A stretch of DNA of 64,000 nucleotides from Bacteroidota bacterium (GCA_040385725.1 JAZKGV010000194.1:21900-85899); one strand, 5' to 3'. Positions 27,357 through 38,763 are shown, counted from the stretch's first letter. The notes: generated from the sequence alone by a model not told the origin. Made by a program: numbers and translations.

Positions 27357-29399
27357 ATGATACGAAAGCAACACATATCTAAAGCAAGTGTATTGTTATT
27401 TACAGCAATGACGGTTTCGCTTATCAGCAACGCACAAGCTGTTACAAAATTTATTGACCCGGCCAACATGGACCTCACTGTCAAACCAGGCGACGATTTT
27501 TATATGTATGCAGGTGGGAGCTGGATAAAAAACAATCCTGTGCCGGCAAAAGAAACCCGTTGGGGAAGTTTTAATATGCTGAGGGATTTTAACATCAATG
27601 CGGTGAAAACTGTTTTAGAAAAAGCGGCTGCCAATAAAACAGCGGCTGACGGTTCGGTTGAAAAAAGAGTAGCTGATTTTTATACGGCCGGAATGGACAG
27701 CGTACTGATTGAAAAAAGAGGTATTAAACCTGTAGAGCCTTATTTAAAAGCTATTGAAAAAATAAAGGATAAAGCAACACTTATCAGCAAAGCAAATGAA
27801 TTAAGGGTATCATCTGTTGGCGGTGGTTTCTTCGGTTTTTTTATTGGGCAAGACAGGAAGAATGTTGAACACATGGTACCTCAACTGGCACAAGGCGGCA
27901 CCACATTACCAGACAGGGATTATTATTTAAAGAGCGATGCAAAAAATATCGGCATACAGGAAGCATATAAAAAATATATGACTACCATTTTTACACTTGT
28001 TGGTAAAACACCCGATGAAGCACAACAAAATGCCAGCAGCATTTATGAGTTAGAAAAGAAATTAGCAGCTGCACAAAAAAGCCGTGTAGAGATGAGAGAT
28101 GCCTATAAAACTTACAATAAATTTTTAATAGCCGACCTGAGTAAACAAACACAAAATTTTAACTGGAATAAAATATTGGGTGAATTAAAAGTTACCGGCG
28201 AAGACAGTGTTTTAGTAAACAACCCTTCTTTCTTTACATCGCTGGACAGCATTTTTGCTGCTGCATCTTTAGATGACCTGAAACTGTATTTGCAGTGGAA
28301 TGTTTTGAAAGGTGCTGCGCCACATTTAAGCAGTGCATTTGTAGATGCTAATTTTACTTTTAACCAGGTATTAAGCGGACAAAAAGTACAAACACCAAGA
28401 TGGCAACGCATTTCACAATTAACGGATGGTTCTGTTGGTGAGTTGCTGGGGCAGTTGTATGTAAAAGAATATTTTAAGCCGGAAGCAAAAGCCCGTATGG
28501 CTGAATTGATAAGCAACATGCGTAAAGCATTTGGCAACCGTATTCAACGATTAGATTGGATGAGTGCTGAAACAAAACAAAAAGCATTGGCAAAACTTGC
28601 CGCTTTCCGTCCTAAAATTGGTTATCCTGATAAATGGAAAGATTATGAAGGGTTGGAAATAAAAGCAGATAAATATTTTGAGAATGTAGTGGGTGCAGGT
28701 AAATGGGGTTATGATTTTATGATAAGCCAATTGGGCAAACCAGTTGACCGGGAACGTTATGGCATGACACCGCCAACGGTGAATGCTTATTACAGCGCCA
28801 CACTAAATGAAATTGTTTTTCCCGCCGGTATTTTACAGTTCCCATTCTTTGATGTGAATGCAGATGATGCGGTAAACTATGGCGGCATTGGTGCAGTAAT
28901 TGGGCATGAAATGAGCCATGGCTTTGATGACAATGGAAGCAAGTATGATGCTGACGGTACATTACGCAACTGGTGGACACCCGAAGACAGTTTAAAATTT
29001 GTTGCTAAAACAGTTGCCCTCGGAAAACAATTTGATGGGTACACAGTGCTGGATACGATTCATGTAAATGGCAAACTCACCATGGGAGAAAACATCGGCG
29101 ACCTTGGTGGATTGAATGTAGCGTATGAAGCATTTAAAATGACAAAGCAGGGACAATCAGGAGAAAAAATTGATGGCTTTACACCCGACCAGCGTTTCTT
29201 TCTAGGATGGGCGCAGGTATGGCGTGGAAACATTTTACCACAAACAGCTGCACAATTAATTATTACCGACACACATTCTCCCGGGCCATATAGAACGATT
29301 GGCGCACCGGTAAATATGGATGCCTGGTATAAAGCATTTGATGTGAAAGAAGGAGATAAACTGTATAAAAAACCAGAAGACAGGATCAGGATATGGTAA
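27357..29399 (+). CDS. M13 family (neprilysin/PepO-like) metalloendopeptidase
   Basis: VNAYY, GHEMSHGFD, GENIGD, HSP motifs; signal peptide from ATG 27357. Confidence 0.95.
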   Translation: MIRKQHISKASVLLFTAMTVSLISNAQAVTKFIDPANMDLTVKPGDDFYMYAGGSWIKNNPVPAKETRWGSFNMLRDFNINAVKTVLEKAAANKTAADGSVEKRVADFYTAGMDSVLIEKRGIKPVEPYLKAIEKIKDKATLISKANELRVSSVGGGFFGFFIGQDRKNVEHMVPQLAQGGTTLPDRDYYLKSDAKNIGIQEAYKKYMTTIFTLVGKTPDEAQQNASSIYELEKKLAAAQKSRVEMRDAYKTYNKFLIADLSKQTQNFNWNKILGELKVTGEDSVLVNNPSFFTSLDSIFAAASLDDLKLYLQWNVLKGAAPHLSSAFVDANFTFNQVLSGQKVQTPRWQRISQLTDGSVGELLGQLYVKEYFKPEAKARMAELISNMRKAFGNRIQRLDWMSAETKQKALAKLAAFRPKIGYPDKWKDYEGLEIKADKYFENVVGAGKWGYDFMISQLGKPVDRERYGMTPPTVNAYYSATLNEIVFPAGILQFPFFDVNADDAVNYGGIGAVIGHEMSHGFDDNGSKYDADGTLRNWWTPEDSLKFVAKTVALGKQFDGYTVLDTIHVNGKLTMGENIGDLGGLNVAYEAFKMTKQGQSGEKIDGFTPDQRFFLGWAQVWRGNILPQTAAQLIITDTHSPGPYRTIGAPVNMDAWYKAFDVKEGDKLYKKPEDRIRIW

Positions 29400-29414
29400 T
29401 CTATTAAATGATTA

Positions 29415-29449
29415 CAAAAAAGACCGGTTAAATGAACCGGTCTTTTTTT
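29415..29449. terminator. Bidirectional terminator
   Basis: AAAAAAGACCGGTT...AACCGGTCTTTTTT. Confidence 0.85.
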
Positions 29450-29466
29450 ATTACAGCATGAACGTT

Positions 29467-29964
29467 TCATTTTGTTTTCCTGTAATCATATTTTCTTTTG
29501 ATAGTTTCATCAGCGCCAAAATTTTCCGGTGCCACTTTACACAATTGCGCCAGCACACATTTCCATTCCCCTTTTTCTTTTATATAAGTATCTGTGTACA
29601 TCGACATTCCTTCCATCTCCTTACCATCTTTTATAACAACGTATTTATTTTGTGCATGCACCAATGCTGTGTTACCAAATATTTTTATCTCCTCGTTACG
29701 GTAATCCCAATACACATAACCATCAAATCCATGCAACCACCCTTCCAGATATTCTTTCCGTTTAATAGTACGGCCTGTACTTGTAATGCATACAAAGTCC
29801 GGGTGAATGATCCTGTTGTGTGAGACAGTATCATTTTTTACAAAATTATGAATGAAGGTTGCATTCAATATTCTGAGTTGTTCCATATCATCAGCATATG
29901 CCTGCTGTGAACTACATTCCAGGACAGCTGTACTAAGCAGACCTGCGATCAATACTTTTTTCAT
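29467..29964 (-). CDS. NTF2-like (DUF4440) protein with signal peptide
   Basis: HPDFVCITSTG, IKIFGNTALVH, YTDTYIKEKGEWKCV; start at MKKVLIAG. Confidence 0.8.
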   Translation of the reverse strand: MKKVLIAGLLSTAVLECSSQQAYADDMEQLRILNATFIHNFVKNDTVSHNRIIHPDFVCITSTGRTIKRKEYLEGWLHGFDGYVYWDYRNEEIKIFGNTALVHAQNKYVVIKDGKEMEGMSMYTDTYIKEKGEWKCVLAQLCKVAPENFGADETIKRKYDYRKTK

Positions 29965-30013
29965 GACTATTATTTTTGTCGGGTAAAAATAATAACCGCA
30001 GGAGAGGGGCACT

Positions 30014-30894
30014 TTAGAAATCTTGCTGAGTTTTTTGTTTTTGTCTAAAGCCTGATGGAGCTACCTTATGTTCTTTTTTAAATGCCACAGAAAAATTTTC
30101 AATACTATTGAAGCCGCAGGTGAATGCAATATCTGCCACCGGAAGCCCGGTTTGTATAATACCTCTGCCTGCTTCATGCGTAGCTGCAAAAGATATTGGT
30201 ATGGTGAATAGCCGGTGAAGGTTTTAAATATCCTGCTGAAATGAAATGGGCTTACATAGCAATGTCCGGCAATATCTTCCAGAGAAATATCTTGTGAAAG
30301 ATTTTTGGCCAGGTATTCCTTTGCTTTTTCAATTGTTACCAGGTGTTCTTTTTTTAACCGGACCGGTATTGTCAAAGGTATTTTGTGATCGGTAATGCTG
30401 CATACAACCAGTTCAAGCAATTCCATCACCCTGCTGTCTGTTTCAAGTTTCGTTTTGTTGTTTTTAATCAGAACACTTACCAATTCATTATGCAGGTATT
30501 CTGTTCCCGGCTTCAATTTCAGCAATAATGACTGCATATCTGCCTTATTGAAAAAAGAAGATTCCTTTATTCTAAACTGCTCCTTCAACCTTTCATAAAA
30601 TGCATTTGAAAAGCTTATGATAGTACATTCATCAGGTGCAATGGCAGGATGTGTGATGGTATATTCATATCCAGGTTTACTTACCAGCACATAGCCGGTG
30701 TAGGAATCTAATGAACCCCGGAAAGTATTATACAGGAAATTACCCTTGCGGATAAAACTCAGGGAAAAATTTTCATTATACTCCGTTTTTGACCTGGTGC
30801 ATTCCATGCACATACATTTAAAATCGCAGATGGTATAATGATCTGAAGAAAACAATATGTGAACAGCAGCTTCCACAAGTTTAAAATTACTCAA
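30014..30894 (-). pseudogene. AraC-family regulator with a 1-bp frameshift near 30157
   Basis: First HTH is intact (SLEDIAGHCYVSPFHFSRIFK). After EVL the second HTH continues in another frame (TGLPVADIAFTCGFNSIENFSVAFKK) to TAA at 30014-30016; the span is 881 bp, one short of a codon multiple. Confidence 0.8.
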
Positions 30895-30978
30895 TCATTC
30901 CAAGGCCTCAAGGAAATTATGTTGAAAGGGCTTTTATATTTTTTTTGGACATTCCTTTTAAAATAAGCGGCAACAGGG

Positions 30979-31320
30979 TCATTGCCGCTTATATTTTTCA
31001 GCCAGCTTTTTGGGTGCAGTATTGCAATAAGAAACAGTGAGTGCATCCAGCAGCATTTCCTTTTTTACTTTCTTCAATTCGATCCTTGTCCAGCCCTGCA
31101 GGCCCCATTTGCCCGGCACAGGATACATTACAGTTTTATCATACAAACAAAAAACAGCTTGCTCTTCCACTGTAAGTTTCACCACTACAATTTGTTTCGT
31201 TTCATCCAGCGTGATGAATATTTTTTTATTTACCCTGAAAGATGTTTTTTCAAAATGAGGTTGTTCTGTTACTTCATCAAAAGAAAGCGCCATTTTTAGA
31301 AAACTGCTGATGCTGATCAT
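30979..31320 (-). CDS. MmcQ/YjbR family protein
   Basis: PHFEKTSFRVNKKIF, WGLQGWT. Confidence 0.85.
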   Translation of the reverse strand: MISISSFLKMALSFDEVTEQPHFEKTSFRVNKKIFITLDETKQIVVVKLTVEEQAVFCLYDKTVMYPVPGKWGLQGWTRIELKKVKKEMLLDALTVSYCNTAPKKLAEKYKRQ

Positions 31321-31331
31321 ACATTATATTT

Positions 31332-31748
31332 TTAAAATGGTTCTGCTGTTTTTGCCATCTTCATATCTCTTGTATTTTTTTGTACTGCAATGGCAGCAAA
31401 AAGGCTTAATACAAATGACATGGCATAAAATCCTTTTTCACTTTTTGCCAGTTCTGCATTCCATAAACCAACTGTTAGTAGCACAATTGACAGCAATGTA
31501 GTAAACCATGCAATGCCATAATACAGGTTGGTTACAGGAATTCCTTCCAATTGATCTCTTACTGCTTTTTGCACGGAGATGCCGGAGAAAAGACCGAGTA
31601 TCAATACGGTGAAATAATAACCTTTTTCGTTCAGTTGCATCTCTGCGTTCCATAAACCAATAATAAAAGCGATCGATCCAATAAAAAGAGCTGACCAGGA
31701 AGCTGCAATAAAAGCAGCTGAAGGTTGTAAAATTTGTTTTTGTTCCAT
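31332..31748 (-). CDS. yiaA: Inner membrane protein YiaA
   Basis: Two YiaAB repeats (GLWNA...EKGYY / GLWNA...EKGFY), QKNTRD. Confidence 0.88.
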   Translation of the reverse strand: MEQKQILQPSAAFIAASWSALFIGSIAFIIGLWNAEMQLNEKGYYFTVLILGLFSGISVQKAVRDQLEGIPVTNLYYGIAWFTTLLSIVLLTVGLWNAELAKSEKGFYAMSFVLSLFAAIAVQKNTRDMKMAKTAEPF

Positions 31749-31827
31749 AATAGTTGTTTATGAAGCAAAACTATTCCTGTACAATATTTCAACTTTTGAC
31801 ATTCATCAAAAACACAAACTGCAATTG

Positions 31828-32391
31828 TTAAAGCTTGCTTCTTATCCTGCTCAATGTTTCCTGGCTGATACCAAGATAAGAAGCGATATGACCTAATGAA
31901 ACCCTTTCTAAAATGTGTGGCGTTTGTTGCAACAGGTCTTCATAGCGTTCTGTTGCTGTTTTAAACTGTGCATTTACAAATCTTTCTTCCAGCCTGATAT
32001 AATATTTTTCATACGCTATCCTCATCAACCTTTCAATTTCATGATATTGGTCGAACAAACCGGTGAGTGTTTCTTTTGAAATGCTCCATAGGATACTTCC
32101 CTCCAGCAACTGTATATTTTCCACCGCCGGTTCTTTTGTAATAAAGCTGTGAAAAGAAGTGACAAAATCATTTTCAAAACCAAACCAATGGGTTATTTCT
32201 TTTCCATCCAGGTTATAAAATCCTCTTAACGCACCTTTCTCTAAAAAATACAAATGCCTGCACACTTGTCCCTCATTCAGCAGGAATGTATTTTTCGAAA
32301 GGGTGATCTTTTCAAAACAGTCGTTAAGTGCATTCTGTGCATCTTCGCCAAGTGAAGAATAATTATTGATATGATCAAGTAGTCGCTGCAT
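31828..32391 (-). CDS. Crp/Fnr family transcriptional regulator
   Basis: cNMP-binding-like N-terminus; IASYLGISQETLSRIR HTH. Confidence 0.9.
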   Translation of the reverse strand: MQRLLDHINNYSSLGEDAQNALNDCFEKITLSKNTFLLNEGQVCRHLYFLEKGALRGFYNLDGKEITHWFGFENDFVTSFHSFITKEPAVENIQLLEGSILWSISKETLTGLFDQYHEIERLMRIAYEKYYIRLEERFVNAQFKTATERYEDLLQQTPHILERVSLGHIASYLGISQETLSRIRSKL

Positions 32392-32446
32392 AGATGAAAA
32401 TTAAAGATAAGTAAGCAACAGCTATTTTACTTACTATGGAAATGTT

Positions 32447-32507
32447 TCCCACTAAGGCGCAAAGTTCACAAAGTATTTTCCTTAGTTCCCTTGGTGGCTT
32501 TGTGGGA
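32447..32507. repeat. REP-like imperfect hairpin (CACAAAG/CTTTGTG type)
   Basis: TCCCACTAAGG..CACAAAG...CCTTAG...CTTTGTGGGA. Confidence 0.55.
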
Positions 32508-32529
32508 TAAATACATAACTTTATTAATT

Positions 32530-33504
32530 ATGCAAAGGATAAAAAACGGTTGGGCCATACTCAAACAATCGGGTATTGATTTTATTGACAACAGTGTGCC
32601 AAGGATGAGTGCTGCCCTCTCCTACTATACTTTGTTTTCGCTGGCCCCCATTTTATTGATCATGATAACGGTGGCAGATATTTTTTATGGCAGACAGGCA
32701 ATTGAAGGCAGTTTGTTTGGCCAGATAAAAAGCTTTGTTGGTGATGCTGCTGCTTTGCAGATACAGGAGATCATACGTAATGCCACCCAATCACAACATA
32801 CCAGGACTGCCTCTATTGTAAGTATTGCGGCATTGATATTTTCTGCCACGGGTGTGTTTACCGAAATACAAGGTTCTATAAACGCTATCTGGCAACTGAA
32901 AGCCAAACCACAAAAAGGCTGGCTTTATTTTTTATTGAACAGGGTATTAAGCTTATCAATGGTACTTGGGCTTGGTTTTATTTTATTGGTATCCTTGCTG
33001 GCCAATACATTGCTGGAATTACTTTTAAAAAGATTGTTATCCATTCTTCCCGACGGTTCTGTGTGGATCACTTACGGCATTAACATGCTGGTTACTTTTA
33101 TTGTCATCTCTTTTTTATTTGGTGTTATATTTAAATTATTGCCCGATGCAAAAGTGCAATGGAAAGATGTGCGGCAAGGAGCTTTTCTCACAGCTGTTCT
33201 GTTTATGCTGGGCAAGTTTGGCATTGGGTATTATCTCGGAAAAAGCAATCCTGGTGGTACTTATGGCACTGCCGGTTCTGTAGTGATCATTCTTTTGTGG
33301 GTTTATTTTTCTGCTATGATATTATATTTCGGTGCCTGTTTTACCAAAGTGAATGCACAGTTTACCGGCAGGCATATTTTCCCAAATAAATATGCAGTGT
33401 TTGTAAAACATATAGAGATCGAGAATAAGAAAGACCTGCAGGAGCAGCCGGAGCATAAGATCGTGGTGGAGAAGAAAGATACGAATGAAGAAAAAAATGT
33501 GTGA
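32530..33504 (+). CDS. YihY/virulence factor BrkB family membrane protein
   Basis: SAALSYYTLFSLAP, YGTAGSVVIILLWVYFS. Confidence 0.92.
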   Translation: MQRIKNGWAILKQSGIDFIDNSVPRMSAALSYYTLFSLAPILLIMITVADIFYGRQAIEGSLFGQIKSFVGDAAALQIQEIIRNATQSQHTRTASIVSIAALIFSATGVFTEIQGSINAIWQLKAKPQKGWLYFLLNRVLSLSMVLGLGFILLVSLLANTLLELLLKRLLSILPDGSVWITYGINMLVTFIVISFLFGVIFKLLPDAKVQWKDVRQGAFLTAVLFMLGKFGIGYYLGKSNPGGTYGTAGSVVIILLWVYFSAMILYFGACFTKVNAQFTGRHIFPNKYAVFVKHIEIENKKDLQEQPEHKIVVEKKDTNEEKNV

Positions 33505-33617
33505 TAACGATTGCACAACAGCAATCCAAAATTTAGCAGAATCAAATATCCTTAACTACAGTATTTGCATTTACTGATATTCAATTTATACATTCTTTAT
33601 TGCTGCCATAAAATAAA

Positions 33618-33656
33618 CAGTACAAGTGAGCCCCGCCATGGGCGGGGACGATGCTG
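33618..33656. repeat. AGTACAAG-type repeat containing a 17-bp GC hairpin
   Basis: CAGTACAAGTGAG-CCCCGCC ATG GGCGGGG-ACGATGCTG. Confidence 0.55.
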
Positions 33657-33714
33657 ACCGATGAACAAATGCCTGTAATCAAAAAAACAAAAAAATATTA
33701 AATCTGTTTTTCTT

Positions 33715-33722
33715 TACCTTTG
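33715..33722 (+). promoter_or_regulatory. -7 box for carB
   Basis: TACCTTTG about 60 nt upstream of the ATG. Confidence 0.55.
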
Positions 33723-33782
33723 GCCGCTTCGGAAAAACATTTAACTCCGTGGCACATTTTCAATCATCGTTTTTGAAAAAAT

Positions 33783-36626
33783 ATGCCAAAAAATAATTCC
33801 ATCCAGTCAGTACTCATTATCGGCAGTGGCCCCATCATTATCGGACAAGCTTGTGAATTTGATTATTCCGGTACACAGGCGGCCCGTAGCATCCGTGAAG
33901 AAGGTATTAAAGTAATTCTTATCAACAGCAACCCGGCCACCATTATGACGGACCCGATGATGGCCGACAGGGTTTATCTATTGCCACTCACTGTTGAAAG
34001 CATTGAACAAATTTTAGAAGAAAATAAAATTGATGCCGTGTTGCCTACCATGGGCGGACAAACAGCACTCAATCTTTGTAAAGAAGCAGATGAACTCGGC
34101 GTGTGGGAAAAATATGGTGTGCAGTTGATCGGCGTGGATATTAAAGCGATCGATAAAGCAGAAGACAGGGAGAAGTTCAGGCAATGGATGATCGAGATGG
34201 GTATTAATGTTTGCCCGGCACATATTGCCAACTCATTTTTAGAAGGAAAAGAATTTGCACAGGAAATAGGTTTTCCATTGGTGCTGCGTCCTTCATTTAC
34301 TCTTGGTGGAACCGGTGGTGGAATTGTATTTAAAAAAGATGAACTGGATGAAGCACTCAACAGGGCATTGACCGCAAGCCCGATACATGAAGTGTTGGTA
34401 GAAAAAGCTGTGTTAGGTTGGAAAGAATATGAACTGGAATTATTGAGGGATAATGCAGATAATGTTGCCATCATTTGTACGGTGGAAAATTTTGATCCCA
34501 TGGGTGTGCATACAGGCGATAGTATTACGGTGGCGCCAGCCATGACACTGAGTGATACGGCTTATCAAAAAATGCGTAACACTGCTATCAGCATGATGCG
34601 TAACCTGGGCAACTTTGCTGGTGGTTGTAATGTGCAGTTTGCTTTACACCCTGAAACGGAAGATCTGATCGTAGTAGAAATAAACCCAAGGGTAAGCCGC
34701 TCTTCTGCACTGGCAAGTAAAGCCACAGGTTATCCCATTGCAAAAATTGCCGCCAAGCTGGCGATTGGTTATAACCTGGATGAATTAAAAAACCAGATCA
34801 CACAAAGCACTTCCGCATACTTTGAACCAGCGCTTGATTATGTAATTGTAAAAGTGCCGAGATGGAATTTTGATAAATTCAAAGGGGCGAATGACACACT
34901 GGGCTTTCAAATGAAAAGTGTGGGTGAAGTGATGGCGATAGGAAGAAGTTTTGCAGAAGCGGTACAAAAAGCCTGTCAGAGTTTAGAGAATGAAGCGGTT
35001 GGTTTGGGTTACTACGGACAAAGCTTAATGAAAGCGGATGACCTGATCGAATACATCAAGATACCAAAATGGGACAGGATATTCCGGATCAAAGATGCGT
35101 TGATGGCCGGTGCCAGTGTAAAACGTATTTGCGAAAGTACAGGCATTGACCGTTGGTTCATTTACCAGATACAAAAGATCTGCAATTGCGAAAAAGAAAT
35201 TTCAAAATATGATTTTAAAACGCTGCCGGATGAATTATTAAGGGAAGCAAAAACACTTGGCTTTAGTGATGAACAGATCACCAGGATAATGAAGGAGGAG
35301 AATACGGAACTGTTGTACGAAAGAAGAAAGGCAATGGGATTGAAAAGGGTTTTTAAAATGGTGGATACCTGTGCGGCTGAGTTTGAAGCAAAGACACCTT
35401 ACTTCTACAGCACATTCGAATCTAAACTATCTGGCCCGGCTCAATTGCTTTCCAACGAATCAAAAGTTTCGGATAAAAAGAAAATTGTGGTGCTGGGTAG
35501 TGGCCCCAACAGGATCGGCCAGGGCATTGAGTTTGATTATTGTTGTGTACATGGTTTGCTGGCGATAAAAGAAGCAGGTTATGAAGCCATCATGGTGAAT
35601 TGTAATCCGGAAACAGTAAGTACAGATTTTGACATTGCGGATAAATTATATTTTGAACCGGTTTTCTGGGAACACCTCTGGGAAATAATTGAACATGAAA
35701 AACCGGAAGGTGTAATTGTTCAACTCGGAGGACAAACAGCATTGAAGCTGGCGAAAAAATTACATGCAAAAGGAATAAAAATTATCGGCACCAGTTATGA
35801 CAACATGGATATTGCGGAAGACCGTGGCCGCTTTAGTGATATGCTGAAAGAACTGGGCATTCCTTATCCAAACTATGGTACTGCTTACAATACCGATGAA
35901 GCTATTGAAGTGGCAAAACAGGTTGGTTATCCTGTTTTAATAAGGCCAAGTTATGTATTGGGTGGACAAAGGATGCGGATCGTAATTAATGATGAAGACC
36001 TGGAGAAAGGTGTATTGAGTTTGATCAAACATTTGCCCGGCAATAAAATTTTGATCGACCATTTTCTTGACCGCTGCCAGGAAGCAGAGATAGATGCCAT
36101 TTTTGATGGTGATGAATTTCATGTGATGGGTGTGATGGAACATATTGAACCGGCTGGCATACACAGTGGTGACAGCAATGCCGTGTTACCACAATTTAAT
36201 TTATCTCCCCTGATTGTTCATACCATGGAAGAGTATGCAGAAAAGATTGGAAGGGCGTTACAGATAAAAGGATTGATCAATATCCAGTTTGCCATTAAAG
36301 ATGGCAATGTGTTTGTGATTGAAGCCAACCCAAGGGCCTCCAGAACGACACCGTTTATTGCAAAAGCATACCAAATACCTTATTTGAATATTGCTACTAA
36401 AATAATGATTGGAGTAAACAAACTAAAGGACTTCACTTTCGAGAAAAAACTCACGGGCTTTGCTATTAAAGAACCCGTTTTCTCTTTCAATAAATTCCCG
36501 GGAGTAAATAAAGAGCTTGGCCCGGAAATGAAAAGTACGGGTGAGGCAATACGCTTTATAAAAGATCTGAGAGACCCTTATTTCAGGCAATTATACAAGG
36601 AAAGAAGTATGCACTTGAGTAAATAA
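33783..36626 (+). CDS. carB: Carbamoyl-phosphate synthase large subunit (short form, no C-terminal MGS-like domain)
   Basis: [18 protein letters not shown], two ATP-grasp halves, [10 protein letters not shown] close to the C-terminus. Confidence 0.97.
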   Translation: MPKNNSIQSVLIIGSGPIIIGQACEFDYSGTQAARSIREEGIKVILINSNPATIMTDPMMADRVYLLPLTVESIEQILEENKIDAVLPTMGGQTALNLCKEADELGVWEKYGVQLIGVDIKAIDKAEDREKFRQWMIEMGINVCPAHIANSFLEGKEFAQEIGFPLVLRPSFTLGGTGGGIVFKKDELDEALNRALTASPIHEVLVEKAVLGWKEYELELLRDNADNVAIICTVENFDPMGVHTGDSITVAPAMTLSDTAYQKMRNTAISMMRNLGNFAGGCNVQFALHPETEDLIVVEINPRVSRSSALASKATGYPIAKIAAKLAIGYNLDELKNQITQSTSAYFEPALDYVIVKVPRWNFDKFKGANDTLGFQMKSVGEVMAIGRSFAEAVQKACQSLENEAVGLGYYGQSLMKADDLIEYIKIPKWDRIFRIKDALMAGASVKRICESTGIDRWFIYQIQKICNCEKEISKYDFKTLPDELLREAKTLGFSDEQITRIMKEENTELLYERRKAMGLKRVFKMVDTCAAEFEAKTPYFYSTFESKLSGPAQLLSNESKVSDKKKIVVLGSGPNRIGQGIEFDYCCVHGLLAIKEAGYEAIMVNCNPETVSTDFDIADKLYFEPVFWEHLWEIIEHEKPEGVIVQLGGQTALKLAKKLHAKGIKIIGTSYDNMDIAEDRGRFSDMLKELGIPYPNYGTAYNTDEAIEVAKQVGYPVLIRPSYVLGGQRMRIVINDEDLEKGVLSLIKHLPGNKILIDHFLDRCQEAEIDAIFDGDEFHVMGVMEHIEPAGIHSGDSNAVLPQFNLSPLIVHTMEEYAEKIGRALQIKGLINIQFAIKDGNVFVIEANPRASRTTPFIAKAYQIPYLNIATKIMIGVNKLKDFTFEKKLTGFAIKEPVFSFNKFPGVNKELGPEMKSTGEAIRFIKDLRDPYFRQLYKERSMHLSK

Positions 36627-36648
36627 AATATTCTGTGTATATTGGTGT

Positions 36649-38751
36649 ATGTCAAAACCCTTAGACATACCAATTTGGAAGAAAGCCCCAACAATAAGGC
36701 TGCTCATTCCTTTTACCATCGGTATTCTTATACAATGGTATTTGCAATTGCCCATTCTGTTTGCTATCATTGCTGTTTCCTGTTTCACAGTCGCATTCTT
36801 TCTTTTTTCATTTTTACCCATTGCAGAAAAATTCAAACTCAGTTTTGTACAGGGCTTGTTGCTGCAATTAATATTGGTTGTATTTGGAATGCTTATCACC
36901 TGGAACAAAGATGTCCGGCATCAAAACAACTGGTATGGTAATTACTACAAAGAAGGAGATCTTATTATCGCCACTATTAAAGAGCCATTGGTTGAAAAAA
37001 CAAAATCATTTAAAGCCGATGCTTACATTGAACAAATAATACATAATGATTCTGCTATTGCTGGCGAAGGAAAGTTGCTCTTATACTTCTCAAAAGATTC
37101 TGTTACTCCCGATTTAAAATATGGAGATAAAATACTCATCAGTAAAAAATTGATCGCCATTAAAAACTCCGGCAACCCCGGCGCTTTTAATTATCAGCGT
37201 TATGCCGCTTTTCAGCAAACCTTTCACAATGCTTTTTTAAAATCAAATGACTGGGTAGAGCTGGAAGAGAAAAATACAAATGCATTCCAACAGTTTCTCT
37301 ATTCTTCAAGACAGGCAATACTTACAAGCTTACAAAAAAATATCAACAGCGGCAAAGATGAATTGGGTATTGCAGAAGCTTTGCTGATTGGCTACACAAA
37401 TGACCTGGATAAGGATTTGGTGCAGGCATACAGTAATACAGGCGTAGTACATATCATTGCCATATCGGGTATGCACTTAGGATTGATATACGCCATGCTG
37501 GTTTGGCTCTTTGCAAGAATACCATTGATAAAAAAATCAAGAGCCACACAGGCAATTTTGATACTCACCTGTCTCTGGCTTTTCTCTTTACTTACCGGAG
37601 GCTCCGCTTCTGTTATCCGTTCAGCAGTAATGTTCTCCTTTATTACCGCCGGCAAAATGCTTTTAAAAAAGGAAGCATCTATTTACAGTTCACTGGCGGC
37701 TTCTGCATTAGTGATGCTTTGTGTGAACCCTTATTATTTGTGGGATGTTGGCTTTCAATTAAGTTACCTGGCCGTTGTTGGTATTGTTGCTTTTCAAAAA
37801 CCAATTTATAATCTTGTTTACATAAAAAATAAATGGATCGACAATGTTTGGAAAGCCGCTGCACTTACTACTGCAGCACAGATATTAACCTTCCCTGTTT
37901 GTATTTATTATTTTCACCAGTTTCCGGTTTTGTTTCTCTTTACCAATTTAATCGCTGTTCCATTATCAACAGGCATTTTGTATGCAGCAATATTTCTTGT
38001 TGCCTTTTCATGGGTGCCGTATGTTGGTGAGTTTGCAGGCAAAGTTGCCGGTTGGGGTTTGTGGCTGATGAATAAATTTATTTTATGGGTGAATGAATTT
38101 CCTTTTGCCGTGTGGGATAAAATTCCCTCCAATATTCTTACAACATGGTTGCTGTATGCAACCGTAATTGCTATTGCTACATGGCTTACCAGTAAAAATA
38201 AACGGGTGCTGCAATGGGCATTATGTTTTTGTGCTGGCTTTGTTTTATTGCATGCTGGTATTGGCTGGCAGGTAAAAAGCCAGCAAAAATTTATTGTTTA
38301 CAATGTGCCGCAGCACCAGGCCATTGATTTTGTGGAGGGGAATAACTATCGCTTTCTCGGCGACAGTATTTTGCTGGTGGATGGTTTATTGCAAAATTTT
38401 CACCTGAAACCGGGAAGGATCGCATTACAATTGAACAAAAGGGTTGACAGTATGGCTTCCTGCTTTGGTAAAGAGCAGTTTTATCATTTTGGCAATAAGA
38501 AAATATTAGTGCTTGATGAAGCGCTTTCATTTGAAGCAGGAGAAAAGAAAATGGATGTTGATTTTATCGTTATTTCTAAAAGCCCTACAATTTATATTCC
38601 GCAACTGGTAAAAACTTTTAACTGCAACAAATTTATTTTTGATGCGTCTAACAGTTTGTGGAAAATTGAAAAATGGAAACAAGACTGCGATAAATTAAAT
38701 TTGCCCTATCATTCAATCCCGGAAAAAGGGGCTTTTGTTACAGATTTATAA
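36649..38751 (+). CDS. comEC: ComEC/Rec2 family competence protein
   Basis: NPGAFNY, HIIAISGMHLG, SVIRSAVM, GFQLSY. Confidence 0.9.
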   Translation: MSKPLDIPIWKKAPTIRLLIPFTIGILIQWYLQLPILFAIIAVSCFTVAFFLFSFLPIAEKFKLSFVQGLLLQLILVVFGMLITWNKDVRHQNNWYGNYYKEGDLIIATIKEPLVEKTKSFKADAYIEQIIHNDSAIAGEGKLLLYFSKDSVTPDLKYGDKILISKKLIAIKNSGNPGAFNYQRYAAFQQTFHNAFLKSNDWVELEEKNTNAFQQFLYSSRQAILTSLQKNINSGKDELGIAEALLIGYTNDLDKDLVQAYSNTGVVHIIAISGMHLGLIYAMLVWLFARIPLIKKSRATQAILILTCLWLFSLLTGGSASVIRSAVMFSFITAGKMLLKKEASIYSSLAASALVMLCVNPYYLWDVGFQLSYLAVVGIVAFQKPIYNLVYIKNKWIDNVWKAAALTTAAQILTFPVCIYYFHQFPVLFLFTNLIAVPLSTGILYAAIFLVAFSWVPYVGEFAGKVAGWGLWLMNKFILWVNEFPFAVWDKIPSNILTTWLLYATVIAIATWLTSKNKRVLQWALCFCAGFVLLHAGIGWQVKSQQKFIVYNVPQHQAIDFVEGNNYRFLGDSILLVDGLLQNFHLKPGRIALQLNKRVDSMASCFGKEQFYHFGNKKILVLDEALSFEAGEKKMDVDFIVISKSPTIYIPQLVKTFNCNKFIFDASNSLWKIEKWKQDCDKLNLPYHSIPEKGAFVTDL

Positions 38752-38763
38752 CCTCACATTTCA

